Assembly: GCA_937920495.1 (NCBI GenBank)
Contig: CALEUQ010000005.1
Location: forward strand, 12,682-76,681
Origin: an uncultured bacterium
Lineage (GTDB): Bacteria > Spirochaetota > UBA4802 > UB4802
Reading direction: 5' to 3'
Length of the DNA: 64,000 nucleotides
The notes beneath the pieces were generated by a model. It did no database searches. It was given only the letters and a program-made list of their open reading frames with translations, and was not told where the DNA came from. Of this stretch, positions 54,108 to 64,000 are shown one piece after another. Positions within the stretch are counted from its first letter, which is position 1. Each line of letters begins with the position of its first letter. The position numbers were made by a program, and so were the translations under genes.

Positions 54108-56507
54108 ATGATTATACAGACGCTTGCTTTAAAAAATTTTAGACAATATACAGACATCAGCATCCAGTTTAAAGAAGGGCTCATTGGTATAATTGGAAAA
54201 AACGGCAGTGGCAAAAGTACGCTTTTTAATGCAATTGTGTGTGCGCTATACGGTGTGTTGCCAACCACCAGAGAGTATATTCGCTCTGCCTATGCTGATA
54301 GTAATGCCACGGTTAGAATTGAATTGGTATTTGAAATCGATAGCAATCAGTATCGTGTCATCAGGGAATATAGAGGCAAAAGTTTACAGGCACATGCTTC
54401 ATTATACAAAAATGATGCGGCGATAGCAACCGGTGCTACTGATGTAACAAACACCTTAGAAGATATAATTGGCATGCCGCAGGATGCCTTCATGCATTCA
54501 TTATTTGCAGCGCAGGGTGAACTGCGACAAATATCAGAAACCAGTGGTGCTGATCGCAGAGAGCTCATCCGAAAAATAATGGGCTTCAGTATGGTAGATG
54601 ATATCTTGCAGATGATTCGCAATGATAGGAATGACAAAAAAAGATTTATTGAAGGGCAGCAGGTAATGCTTTTAAGTGAAGATGATATAAAGGCAAAAGA
54701 ATCTGCACGTGAGGACTATAATAAGGAACTATCGCACAAAGAAAAGGCAGTACATGAATTACAGAAAAAATATGAATCACTTGCACAAAAGTTTGATGTG
54801 ACACAGAAAAAGTTTGAAGAGCAGCAGAGGCTTTATAGAAAACACAATGATCTGGTCCAGAAAAAGATGCAACAACAGGCACATCTGGATAATTGCATAA
54901 CAAATATTGACGAGGCAAAAAAACGACTAACACAGCTGGAAAATGCAAAAGCTGAACGTGAACAACTTTTGGTACAAGAACAGAAGTATAATACATTGAA
55001 GCATAAAAAAGAGCAGCTTGAGCATGCGCGCGCAATGAACATAAAAAAGCAAGCGCTACAAAAACAATATGATGAGCTTGCTGTAGAGCTACATGAAAAA
55101 GAAAAGAGTATAAAGGCAGAGCAGGATGAGCTGCAAAAAATTAATCACCTTGAAGGAATGATTACACAATATGACACCACAAAGAAAGAAAAAGAAAAAA
55201 CAATGAAGTCATTGCAGGATAAGCTGTATGCATTAAAGGAGCAGATAGGCGGCATTGAAAAGTCGGTCAAAGATCGCACAACACACATTGAGCAGATTAA
55301 AAAGCTTGGAAGGGAAGCTGAATGCCCGGTATGTTTGCGTCCTTTGCATGAAGCGTATGATGCAACGATAGCACGCCTTTTGGCCGAAATTGAAGGGTAT
55401 GAAAAAAAAGAAAAGGCGCAGTTACAGAGTGAAGTAGAAAAAGCGCAGGTAATGATAAAAGACGTCGAGAGCGCATTGAAAGATATTGAAACACAGCTCA
55501 CTAATATGCAAAAGCAGAAAGCACAACTATTAGAAAAAAAGAAAAATGTTGAAAAGTCACTTGCTGAATTAAATAAGAAAAAAGGAAATCTTAATCTGAT
55601 TCATTCACAATTACAGGAATTGGGTGCTGTTACATTTGATGATCAGGAATATGAAAGGGTGGTGAAAGAACTTGCTGTGCTTGAAGCTGTTCACACCAGG
55701 TTTATTGGATTGGATGCTCAGATACGGGAAATTCCTGATGTGTGGCAAAAAATTGAAAAGCTTGAAAAACAGCAGGAAACTCTTTCTTCTGAAATAAAGA
55801 AGATATATGAAGATATAGCTACGTTAGGATTTTCTGAACAAGTATATAATGATATTAAGAAAGAATATGATTCTGTATTGCAGCAAAAAGAAAATATAAC
55901 AAAACAATTTAATGAGGAAAAAATACTATATAATAATATTAAAAATGAAATCAGCAAGATTGTCGATGAGCTTGAAAAAGATAAACTAAACCGTAAAAAA
56001 ATTGAATCTGCAAAACAAGAATTTGAGTTATTGCAAAGACTTGAAAAAGTTATGGATGGCTTCAGGGAATCTGTACTGCAGATGGCAAAACCAGTTATTG
56101 CCAATTACGCCAGTAATCTTTTGAATCAGTTAACTAAAGGTCGCTATCAGGCAATTGTGATGGATGATAATTTTGACTTTTCAATCATAGATGATGGTAA
56201 AGAATATCCCATTAGCAGATTTTCAGGTGGTGAGATTGACTGTGCCAACTTATGCCTGCGAATTGCTATCAGCAATGCCATCAGGGATTTTAGTGGCAGC
56301 GGTGCTGTGGGATTTATGGCATTTGATGAAATCTTTGGAAGTCAGGACAATGAACGCCGTAATGCAATCATTAATGCATTGTACAGCCTTCAGGAACAAT
56401 ACCGCCAGATTTTTATCATTTCACATATTGATGATGTAAAAGAGTCTTTTCCTGCCATATTACATGTACAAACAACGCCTAATGGGTCAGTGGCAAAGTG
56501 GCTATGA
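54108..56507 (+). CDS. sbcC: SbcC/Rad50 SMC-family ATPase
   Basis: GKNGSGKS Walker A, coiled coil with CPVC zinc hook, FSGGE signature, FDE Walker B. Confidence 0.92.
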   Translation: MIIQTLALKNFRQYTDISIQFKEGLIGIIGKNGSGKSTLFNAIVCALYGVLPTTREYIRSAYADSNATVRIELVFEIDSNQYRVIREYRGKSLQAHASLYKNDAAIATGATDVTNTLEDIIGMPQDAFMHSLFAAQGELRQISETSGADRRELIRKIMGFSMVDDILQMIRNDRNDKKRFIEGQQVMLLSEDDIKAKESAREDYNKELSHKEKAVHELQKKYESLAQKFDVTQKKFEEQQRLYRKHNDLVQKKMQQQAHLDNCITNIDEAKKRLTQLENAKAEREQLLVQEQKYNTLKHKKEQLEHARAMNIKKQALQKQYDELAVELHEKEKSIKAEQDELQKINHLEGMITQYDTTKKEKEKTMKSLQDKLYALKEQIGGIEKSVKDRTTHIEQIKKLGREAECPVCLRPLHEAYDATIARLLAEIEGYEKKEKAQLQSEVEKAQVMIKDVESALKDIETQLTNMQKQKAQLLEKKKNVEKSLAELNKKKGNLNLIHSQLQELGAVTFDDQEYERVVKELAVLEAVHTRFIGLDAQIREIPDVWQKIEKLEKQQETLSSEIKKIYEDIATLGFSEQVYNDIKKEYDSVLQQKENITKQFNEEKILYNNIKNEISKIVDELEKDKLNRKKIESAKQEFELLQRLEKVMDGFRESVLQMAKPVIANYASNLLNQLTKGRYQAIVMDDNFDFSIIDDGKEYPISRFSGGEIDCANLCLRIAISNAIRDFSGSGAVGFMAFDEIFGSQDNERRNAIINALYSLQEQYRQIFIISHIDDVKESFPAILHVQTTPNGSVAKWL

Positions 56508-56515
56508 TAATGTAG

Positions 56516-56544
56516 TTGACTTTTGCTTTTCATTACGTTATATT
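56516..56544 (+). promoter_or_regulatory. Sigma70-like promoter
   Basis: TTGACT-17 nt-TATATT. Confidence 0.55.
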
Positions 56545-56673
56545 ATAAAAAATTTTAAGTTGTATATTTATATGTGATGTGTGATATCTAAAGTGAGTAA
56601 TTGCGTATGTGTTCAAAGCTTATGCGGTATCAACTCACATTATAAAAATGTATTAATCTGGAGAGGATGAAGT

Positions 56674-57138
56674 ATGTCGCAAAAAAAACATTTAGTAATC
56701 TTCTTATTTATATTTGGGGGTATAGTAACTCTTGCTGGATTAAAATTAATAAACGATGCACGTGAAAGTTTACACTGGCCTAACACAGAAGGTGTAATAA
56801 CACAATCTTTTATGAACTGGGATAAAGATAGACAACATTATGCTGATATTAAATACTCATTTGTTGTGGCAGGTGAAACAATAACCGGTTTTCAGATATC
56901 TACACGGGAATTCAATACATCAAGTGAAGAATTGTTAAAGGAATATCCTGTGGGCAAAAAAGTTACAGTGTATTACGATCCTGATGATCCGTATAATTGT
57001 TATCTTGAGCCGGGTTATTCATGGCAAAGCTATCAGGCTTTTGTTTTGGGTGTCATTATTTTACTTGTTGCCATTGGAGTTGCAGTATTCTATAAAGAAA
57101 AACCCAAAGATAAAGAACATAAGGTAATAAAAGTATGA
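56674..57138 (+). CDS. DUF3592-like membrane protein
   Basis: WP.TEGVI..S, YPVGKKVTVYYDPDDP flanked by TM segments. Confidence 0.8.
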   Translation: MSQKKHLVIFLFIFGGIVTLAGLKLINDARESLHWPNTEGVITQSFMNWDKDRQHYADIKYSFVVAGETITGFQISTREFNTSSEELLKEYPVGKKVTVYYDPDDPYNCYLEPGYSWQSYQAFVLGVIILLVAIGVAVFYKEKPKDKEHKVIKV

Positions 57139-58058
57139 AGATCTCACGTAAAAAATTTATATCATCACTTATTCACACTTCGGGTTTATTTGTATTAACA
57201 AGCCTAACTGGTATTAAAAAAGTTTTTGGGGTGGAAAAAACGGCTGATGTAGTAGTTATTAAAACTGAAGTATTGACTGAAAAATCTATTTATGCAATGG
57301 TACACAAAGGCTTTGATGAAATGGGCGGAATTAATAAGTTTGTTAAAAGAGGCAATAAAGTAATAATAAAACCAAATATTGGTTTTAATTCAACACCGGA
57401 GCGTGCACATACCACAAATCCAGTCTTAGTTGAAGCGGTAGCTTCAATGTGTAAAAAAGCTGGTGCTCATGTCACTATTATGGATAGACCGGTGCATAAT
57501 GCACGGATGTGCTATCGTAGTAGTGGTATTGAGGATGCAGCAAAAAAAGCTGGTGCCGATATTGTGTATATGCATAGAGAAAAATTTAAAAAAGTTTCAG
57601 TACCAGGTGGTCTTAATCTTGATACTCTTGATGTGTATGAAGATATACTGGAAGCAGATGTAATCATAAATATGCCCATAGCAAAACATCATAGTGCAGC
57701 AGAGTTGACTCTTGCCATGAAAAACCTGATGGGTGTCATTGGTGGTAATCGTGGTTTCTATCACATTAATCTGCACAGGAACATTGTAGATTTTAATAAA
57801 GCAGTGAAAGTAAATCTGGTAATACTTGATGGTTTGAGAATTTTAACACAGCATGGTCCTTCATCAGGAACACCAGAAGATATAAAAGAAGCCAGAACAG
57901 TTATCTTTGGCACAAATCCTGTTATGGTGGATGCGTATGCGGCAAAGCATCTATTTGGTATAGAACCATCTTCCATTGGCTATCTCAACCTGGCAGCACA
58001 ATCAGGTATGGGGAGCATTAATGTTAACACATATTCTACAATAATAAAAACAGTATGA
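57135..58058 (+). CDS. DUF362 protein with Tat-like signal
   Basis: SRKKFI N-terminus; IKPN, PIAKHH, MKNLMG. Confidence 0.88.
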   Translation: MKISRKKFISSLIHTSGLFVLTSLTGIKKVFGVEKTADVVVIKTEVLTEKSIYAMVHKGFDEMGGINKFVKRGNKVIIKPNIGFNSTPERAHTTNPVLVEAVASMCKKAGAHVTIMDRPVHNARMCYRSSGIEDAAKKAGADIVYMHREKFKKVSVPGGLNLDTLDVYEDILEADVIINMPIAKHHSAAELTLAMKNLMGVIGGNRGFYHINLHRNIVDFNKAVKVNLVILDGLRILTQHGPSSGTPEDIKEARTVIFGTNPVMVDAYAAKHLFGIEPSSIGYLNLAAQSGMGSINVNTYSTIIKTV

Positions 58059-59545
58059 AATCAAAACGCTGGTCCATTTACCGGGCAATAGTCCAGCTTT
58101 TACTGTGGTCTGTGTTTATTGCAAGCATCATCTATTTGCATGATCCTGTTTCTAATGCAAGCCTGGGATTTTATCCGTCACTTTCTATCTACAGCATAAC
58201 CGTTGGATATATATCGGGACATGCAGTAAAGTATGTGTTGTTGGGCATCTCTATCTTTGTGCTGACATTTGTGCTGGGGAGGTTCTTTTGCGGATGGGTG
58301 TGCCCGCTTGGTGCAACAATTGATGCAGTTGATGGTATTATACAACACAAAGAAAAAATTAAAGCACACAGCATTACGCGTATCAAATTTTTAGTATTTT
58401 ACAGTTCACTCTTCATAGCATTCCTTGGCTTTAATGCTGCGGGGTATGTTGATCCCATCACCATAGTGTACAGATCCTATGAGCTTTTCTTATATCCATT
58501 TGTATCATACATAGGGTCGGAGCCATTGTCGTGGGTTTTACCGGGATATCAGGCACGGGACTATCCATTTTATTATTACAATTGGGCATGGATTGCAGTG
58601 GTATTCCTGGTTGTGTTAGGACTATCTGCTTTTTTACGGCGGTTTTGGTGCAGAGTACTGTGCCCGCTGGGTGCAATGTATGCGCTTGTTTCACATCTTT
58701 CATTATTCAGGCGTGTGGTTAATGAAAACAAATGTACTCATTGCGGTGCATGTGTTACAGGTTGTCGTATGGGGGCGATAGCAACCGGTGGTGTTGGCAC
58801 AAGAGAGCATGAATGTATTAAATGTTTTGATTGCCTGAAAAACTGTAATTATGAAGCTATTTCCTTTACATTTGCTCTACCTTTTAAAGTCAAAAGTGTA
58901 GAGTTCCCTGGCAAGGGAATTACTCGCAGGGATTTACTTGTTGCAGCAGGGTCAGGGATGATGGTTGCTGCAAGTAAGGTGTCACTTTTTGCGGCATCAC
59001 ATCAAAGCTATATTATACGCCCACCAGGCGCATTGCCCGAAACGCAATTCTTAGATGCTTGTATACGCTGCGGGCAGTGTATGAATGTGTGTCCCACCAA
59101 TGCGCTACATCCATGCATTACTGAAGCTTCTTTTTACGGTATGTTTACACCACGTCTTATACCGCGCATTGGGTACTGTGAATTTACCTGTACACGCTGT
59201 GGACAGGTTTGTCCCACCGGAGCAATACAAAAGCTAAAGCGTAAAGAAAAACAAAAATTTGTGATAGGTACTGCATATATATTGCATGATATATGTATAC
59301 CATGGTCTGAGCATACAAATTGTATTGTATGCGAAGAGGTGTGCCCTGTTGCCAATAAGGCAATCACACTTGAAAAAAAGATTGCCAAAAATAAACATGG
59401 CATGCAGGTTGAGGTTTTGTTGCCTGTAGTCCATGAGGACAGATGTATAGGCTGCGGAATATGTGAAAATAGATGCCCGGTGGGTGGTCAGGCAGCCATT
59501 GTGGTACGCAAGCCAAAGCTAAGCATTGGAGAATATTATGGATAA
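58055..59545 (+). CDS. Membrane polyferredoxin (NapH/MauN-like fused to NapG/MauM-like)
   Basis: GRFFCGWVCP, WCRVLCP, RPPGA and many CxxCxxCxxxCP motifs. Confidence 0.88.
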   Translation: MKSKRWSIYRAIVQLLLWSVFIASIIYLHDPVSNASLGFYPSLSIYSITVGYISGHAVKYVLLGISIFVLTFVLGRFFCGWVCPLGATIDAVDGIIQHKEKIKAHSITRIKFLVFYSSLFIAFLGFNAAGYVDPITIVYRSYELFLYPFVSYIGSEPLSWVLPGYQARDYPFYYYNWAWIAVVFLVVLGLSAFLRRFWCRVLCPLGAMYALVSHLSLFRRVVNENKCTHCGACVTGCRMGAIATGGVGTREHECIKCFDCLKNCNYEAISFTFALPFKVKSVEFPGKGITRRDLLVAAGSGMMVAASKVSLFAASHQSYIIRPPGALPETQFLDACIRCGQCMNVCPTNALHPCITEASFYGMFTPRLIPRIGYCEFTCTRCGQVCPTGAIQKLKRKEKQKFVIGTAYILHDICIPWSEHTNCIVCEEVCPVANKAITLEKKIAKNKHGMQVEVLLPVVHEDRCIGCGICENRCPVGGQAAIVVRKPKLSIGEYYG

Positions 59546-60446
59546 TGGGAAGCAGTATGAAGCCCTCGTAGCTAAAAGAGTAACCTGGATTGGGATGGTT
59601 GCCAATATAATGCTGTCAGTATTTAAATTTGTTGCGGGGTTGGTGGGGCATAGTCAGGCAATGGTTGCTGATGCAGTTCATAGCTTTTCAGATTTGAGTA
59701 CCGATATTGCAGTGCTTGTTGGCATCAAATACTGGGCAAGCCCTGCTGATGAAGATCATCCCTATGGGCATGAACGCATAGAAAGTATTGTGACAGCGTT
59801 CATTGCATTAGCTCTGTTTGCTGTTGGTCTTGGCATAGCATACAATGGCATTGTAACAGCGTTTGAACCTGACACAAAAAGTCCCGAAGCAATTGCACTT
59901 GTAGCTGCGTTCATTTCTATTATAACAAAAGAGTGGTTGTATCGCTGGACTGTAAAAAAAGGGAAAGCAATTGATTCTTCATCCGTTGTTGCCAATGCCT
60001 GGCATCATCGTTCTGATGCAATGAGTTCTATTCCGGCGCTTGTAGCAGTTGCACTGGCCATGGCACATCCAACATTAGCCTTTTTTGACCATGTTGGCGC
60101 GGTGGTAGTTGCTGTTTTTATTATTAAGGTTTCATTTGATATCTTAAAACCTGTGGTGATGGAGCTTTCCGATAAAGGAGCATCCAGGTCGCAGATAAAT
60201 GCAATTGATTCATTAGCTATGAAGATTGATGGTGTCAAAGAAGTGCATAGCATCCGTTCACGCCGTGTAGGGAAAGGTTATTTCGTTGATCTACACGTAC
60301 TGGTTGATGGCAAGATGTCGGTACAGGATGGGCACGATATTGCACGTAGTGTAAAGAACGAGCTTTTGGACAAGGGGCCAAAAGTGTTAGATGTTATTGT
60401 ACATTTAGAGCCGTATCAGACTTCATCAAAAAAGAATAACGGGTGA
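59538..60446 (+). CDS. Cation diffusion facilitator transporter (FieF-like)
   Basis: ADAVHSFSD, HPYGH, HHRSD, VHLEP. Confidence 0.93.
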   Translation: MDNGKQYEALVAKRVTWIGMVANIMLSVFKFVAGLVGHSQAMVADAVHSFSDLSTDIAVLVGIKYWASPADEDHPYGHERIESIVTAFIALALFAVGLGIAYNGIVTAFEPDTKSPEAIALVAAFISIITKEWLYRWTVKKGKAIDSSSVVANAWHHRSDAMSSIPALVAVALAMAHPTLAFFDHVGAVVVAVFIIKVSFDILKPVVMELSDKGASRSQINAIDSLAMKIDGVKEVHSIRSRRVGKGYFVDLHVLVDGKMSVQDGHDIARSVKNELLDKGPKVLDVIVHLEPYQTSSKKNNG

Positions 60447-60546
60447 GGATGGGATATGCTGCTGATTGCGTCAGCAGCATACAATATAACATCATCAAAA
60501 AAGAATAACGAATGAGGATGGGATATGCTGCTGATTGCGTCAGCAG
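60420..60546 (+). repeat. Two-copy direct repeat (58 bp, period 69) containing a hairpin
   Basis: 60420-60477 vs 60489-60546 with 3 mismatches; CTGCTGA-TTGCG-TCAGCAG stem-loop in each. Confidence 0.9.
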
Positions 60547-60579
60547 ATTATCTAAAAAAATCATTAAAGAAAATGACAT

Positions 60580-61359
60580 GTGAAAGAGTATACGGTAACA
60601 ATTCGTTTTTATGAAGAACTTAATGACTTCCTGCCAAATGACAAAAGAAAAGTTGCGTTTATTGTAACCTGGAAAGGCAAGCGCAGTATCAAAGATTTAA
60701 TAGAATCCTTAGGTGTACCGCATGTTGAGGTTGACCTTATTTTAGTGAATGGGATTTCGGTTGGATTTGATTATATTGTTCAGAATAATGATTACATCAG
60801 CGTGTATCCTGTGTTTGAACGATTTGAAATAACTAATACTACACGTCTCAGGCCACTAAGCCTTAGAACACCTTTATTTATCTGTGATGTACATTTACGA
60901 AAACTGGTGAAGTACCTGCGCCTGTTTGGATTTGATGTTTTATATGATGAAAAATGGGATGATAAGGATCTGGCACAAATAGCAGCGCAGCAAAAACGCA
61001 TTTTGCTTACGCGTGACCGACAGTTACTGAAACGAAAGATTGTTGACCGAGGATTGATTATCCGCAATACCAACCCAGGTAAGCAGATAGTGGAAGTATT
61101 AGAGAGGTTAGACCTGTGGGATGCAATACATCCATTCAGCCGATGTATAATGTGTAATGGAAACGTTGTTAAGTTTTTCTGTGACACGTCAGAGTTTGAA
61201 AAAGAAAAATCGCACATTCCACCGGGAGTGCGTGCCTGGTGTACTGAATATTACAAATGCACGCAATGTGGCAGGATATACTGGAAAGGCAGTCATTATG
61301 AAAAGCTTATAAAAAAAATAGATAATATTTTAACACACAGAAATATACACACAGAATAA
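60580..61359 (+). CDS. Ubiquitin-like domain - Mut7-C (PIN-like) RNase - Zn ribbon protein
   Basis: RFYEELNDFL...SIKDLIESLGVPH; DVHLRKL..LRLFGFD; LLTRD; RCxxCN...CxxCGRIYWKGSH. Confidence 0.9.
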   Translation: MKEYTVTIRFYEELNDFLPNDKRKVAFIVTWKGKRSIKDLIESLGVPHVEVDLILVNGISVGFDYIVQNNDYISVYPVFERFEITNTTRLRPLSLRTPLFICDVHLRKLVKYLRLFGFDVLYDEKWDDKDLAQIAAQQKRILLTRDRQLLKRKIVDRGLIIRNTNPGKQIVEVLERLDLWDAIHPFSRCIMCNGNVVKFFCDTSEFEKEKSHIPPGVRAWCTEYYKCTQCGRIYWKGSHYEKLIKKIDNILTHRNIHTE

Positions 61360-61422
61360 TACTACTCAGTACTTAATTCAAGAAAATCACGGTTTATAGC
61401 GATAGAATGAATAAGGGGCGTT

Positions 61423-63051
61423 ATGAAGATTGTACTTGGCTATTGTGTACAGAAAGAGCACAGTCATGATTATTATATTACATTGCTTCCTGTAGGCCTT
61501 GTTTCTATAGCTTCATATCTATCATATAAAGGATATGATGTAACACTGGCAAATTTTTCTAAAAAAAGCACCAACCAGATTCTAAAAGAAATAGAGAATA
61601 TCAAACCGCAGATAGTAGGCTTTTCATTATATACTCATAACAGAAATATTACTCTTGAAATTATACATAAAATCAAAAGAGCCTTTCCCCAAATAGTTAT
61701 TGTGCTTGGCGGCCCACACGCTACATTCCTTTCAAATGAGATAATCAAACGCTATCCATCTGTAGATTATATAGTGGAAGGTGAAGGCGAGGATGCAATG
61801 CTTGCAATAGTAAAAGCAATAAAAGCAGGCAAGCCACTCCTGGAAAAAATAGTAGTGCATAACAACCTAAATATTCACTCATTACAATATCCGGCTAAGT
61901 TTCAAGGTAAACTTTATGAAGTCAATATTAATGAGCAGTTTAAGTATATTATAACTTCGCGCGGGTGCAGTTTCAATTGCACCTTCTGTGATTCGCCGTC
62001 ATTCTGGGGAAGAAAGGTTAGATTCAGGGATGTTGATGATGTTGTTGATGAGCTGGAGTTTTTATACAAAAAATATGGAATGATTTATTTTTCCATCAGG
62101 GATGATAATTTTACATTAAAAAAAGAACGTGTACAGGAACTATCGCATAAACTCATAAAGAAAAAATTGTATATGATGTGGAACTGCCAGGCACGTGTGG
62201 ATACAGTTGATCAGGAAATGCTTGTTGCAATGAAAAAGGCTGGATTGGAGCATATACAGTACGGAGTTGAGTCAGGATCAGAGAAGGTGTTAGCGCTTTA
62301 CGATAAAAAGATAACTATAGAAAAAATTATACAAGCTGCTATGCTCACACGAAAAGTTGGTGTATATCTTTCGGTGTATCTTATGGTTGGAATGCATCAG
62401 GAAACTTACAAAGACATAAAAAAAACAAAGAAGCTTATTACCATGATGTTGCCTGGTGATTGTGTTGTCTCGCCTGTGGCGCTGTATCCTGGTACAAAGC
62501 TGTATGAAGATGAAAAGAAACGTGGTGTTGTGGACGATAGTATATGGTTTACAAAAAGAGATGCTGGAATTTATCTGCGCAATCAACCTATAGTACAGCA
62601 GTGGATGAATGATTTATTAATGCATACATATAATTTGCGAAGCAAATCCTGGTACAGGACAAAAGACTTTGCCTTGCACCGAAAGGTGGTGGGTGATTGC
62701 TGGGTTACTGATATACTTGAAGGTGATTATTATCTTGATAATGATATGTATCCTGAGGCATCTCATGTGTATGCAAAAGTGATAAATGCAATGTCTGATA
62801 ATCCCTGGGGGTATATGCGCTATGGCAAGCTTCATTTTGCCATGGGTGATTACGAAACAGCAATGGAAAGCTTTTTTGAAGTGACAAAAATTGTGCCTAA
62901 ATACTATGGGGGATGGTTAAAATATGCACAAAGTTGCCTGGCTCTTGGAATAAAAGATAAAGCACGTGCAGCTATTAGCAGAGCAATTGAATTGAATAGA
63001 TATGATGAAAGGATTCGTCATCTGTATAATTTGTTGAATAAAAAAAAATAG
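61423..63051 (+). CDS. Cobalamin-dependent radical SAM protein with C-terminal TPR
   Basis: GGPHAT, GEGE, SRGCSFNCTFC, GVESGS. Confidence 0.9.
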   Translation: MKIVLGYCVQKEHSHDYYITLLPVGLVSIASYLSYKGYDVTLANFSKKSTNQILKEIENIKPQIVGFSLYTHNRNITLEIIHKIKRAFPQIVIVLGGPHATFLSNEIIKRYPSVDYIVEGEGEDAMLAIVKAIKAGKPLLEKIVVHNNLNIHSLQYPAKFQGKLYEVNINEQFKYIITSRGCSFNCTFCDSPSFWGRKVRFRDVDDVVDELEFLYKKYGMIYFSIRDDNFTLKKERVQELSHKLIKKKLYMMWNCQARVDTVDQEMLVAMKKAGLEHIQYGVESGSEKVLALYDKKITIEKIIQAAMLTRKVGVYLSVYLMVGMHQETYKDIKKTKKLITMMLPGDCVVSPVALYPGTKLYEDEKKRGVVDDSIWFTKRDAGIYLRNQPIVQQWMNDLLMHTYNLRSKSWYRTKDFALHRKVVGDCWVTDILEGDYYLDNDMYPEASHVYAKVINAMSDNPWGYMRYGKLHFAMGDYETAMESFFEVTKIVPKYYGGWLKYAQSCLALGIKDKARAAISRAIELNRYDERIRHLYNLLNKKK

Positions 63052-63127
63052 TAGCCAAAGTAAATTAAAAAAAATTTTTATTTTTTTTAAATTTTCTCTC
63101 TTCCAGGCGTATTAATTATATGAAAAT

Positions 63128-63236
63128 CACGATTTATTCCTTAAATAAAATTTGTGAACATAATAAATATATTGTACATCCCCGCCACTTTCAGCGACGG
63201 GAGTGTACACAGTTTTATTAACAAAATATTTTTAAG
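63128..63236 (-). repeat. Full-length repeat family A copy
   Basis: Reverse complement aligns to 38666-38772 and shares an exact 40-bp tail with 5405-5444. Confidence 0.85.
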
Positions 63237-63421
63237 TAATTATTAGTGATGAAAATGAAAAATTCATTGTGGAGTTTTGGAAAATTGAATTAAAGATGAA
63301 AGGGAAAGGATCTGCTGTGAAGCCCCGTTCTCTTGTGGTAAATCATGCGATTATAATAAATGCGCTACGAAAAAATGATATAAATAGTTTTGCAGAAGGA
63401 ATTAACATATAAGTAAAATCC

Positions 63422-63470
63422 TTTTTTGATGTATAATCTTATTTCCAAAAAATCCGGAAAGAGGGAAAAA
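63422..63470 (+). repeat. Repeat family B right end
   Basis: TTTTTGATGTATAATCTTATTTCCAAAAAATCCGGAAAGAGG, similar to 43187-43230 and 20018-20050. Confidence 0.65.
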
Positions 63471-63471
63471 T

Positions 63472-64000
63472 ATGTCATTAAAAGCTAATAAAAACCAGCT
63501 CAAGGCCATAAATGCAGAGCAGGGTGCTCATCTTGTCATTGCTTCTGCCGGGAGTGGAAAAACTTATACTGTGATACAACGGAGCATTGCTTTGATTAAC
63601 AAAGGTTTGTGTAAACCTGACCAGCTTCTGTTACTTACATTCAGCAGAAAGGCTGCAGATGAACTTAAGCAAAGAATAGTGAATGTACTTGGCAAAAATG
63701 GACAGGATATTGTTGCATCAACATTTCATTCCTTTTGCCTTCAATTTATTATAAAACGCTGTATGAATACGGTCCACGTGCTGGATGAAGAATCCAGTGA
63801 AAAAGTAATAAAAGAGATTATTGATAGATATATTAACGAGTTGTATGGAATTCCTTCATTGGTGGTATATAAAATTCTTATGAAAGGAACAACACATAAA
63901 AAGCTACCGCCTGATATTTACGATAAGATAAAACTGATAAAAGAAGAATATAATGCGTACAAAAAGAAGCATAATTATATTGATTTTGAAGATATGATAA
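63472..64000 (+). CDS. UvrD/PcrA-family helicase N-terminus; 3' truncated by window edge
   Basis: Q motif (NQ), ASAGSGKT Walker A, LTFSRKAADEL, STFHSF. Confidence 0.9.
   Translation, partial: MSLKANKNQLKAINAEQGAHLVIASAGSGKTYTVIQRSIALINKGLCKPDQLLLLTFSRKAADELKQRIVNVLGKNGQDIVASTFHSFCLQFIIKRCMNTVHVLDEESSEKVIKEIIDRYINELYGIPSLVVYKILMKGTTHKKLPPDIYDKIKLIKEEYNAYKKKHNYIDFEDMI

Noticed and set aside
52701-56507. Functional link between hairpin repeats and adjacent sbcDC
   Set aside because: The same repeats occur next to unrelated genes, so adjacency is probably coincidental.
52971-56507. SMC ATPase plus nuclease as an anti-phage system (Wadjet/Lamassu)
   Set aside because: The zinc hook and Mre11-type partner indicate ordinary SbcCD; no accessory defence genes are present.
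60420-60546. Possible mini CRISPR array
   Set aside because: Only two 58-bp units separated by 11 bp; no spacer-sized unique sequence and no cas genes.
63296-63412. 38-aa ORF MKGKGSAVKP... upstream of the helicase
   Set aside because: No convincing SD or motif; it lies within a repeat mosaic.

Overview
An AT-rich (roughly 35% GC by eye) bacterial chromosomal window of mostly housekeeping, metabolic and signalling genes. The gene content (PFOR, 7TM-DISM/PP2C, CHASE2 cyclase, HD-GYP proteins, MAF/DUF115) is compatible with an anaerobic Spirochaetota-like organism, but that is an inference. Recognisable genes include a PBP, lgt, nifJ, argS, cinA, aroQ-peptidase-efp, two tRNA-Met genes, speD/speD-like/speE, glgP, lepA, sbcDC and a partial UvrD-type helicase. 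I found no CRISPR array, transposase, integrase or prophage. Six signals stand out. (1) A non-palindromic motif, WRCTATCGCH, occurs at least 26 times on both strands and in several reading frames, versus about 2 expected, suggesting an uptake-sequence or HIP-like genome signature. (2) A polyamine operon carries a canonical SpeD plus a divergent SpeD paralog with a T-S cleavage site, a structured leader and an internal terminator. (3) Three families of short palindromic intergenic repeats assemble into mosaics. (4) A hairpin-containing tandem repeat lies directly upstream of a ubiquitin-like/Mut7-C RNase gene. (5) A decayed phd-vapC module sits beside a GC-rich GGA-hairpin element. (6) EF-P has an Arg-type (KLGRG) tip loop.
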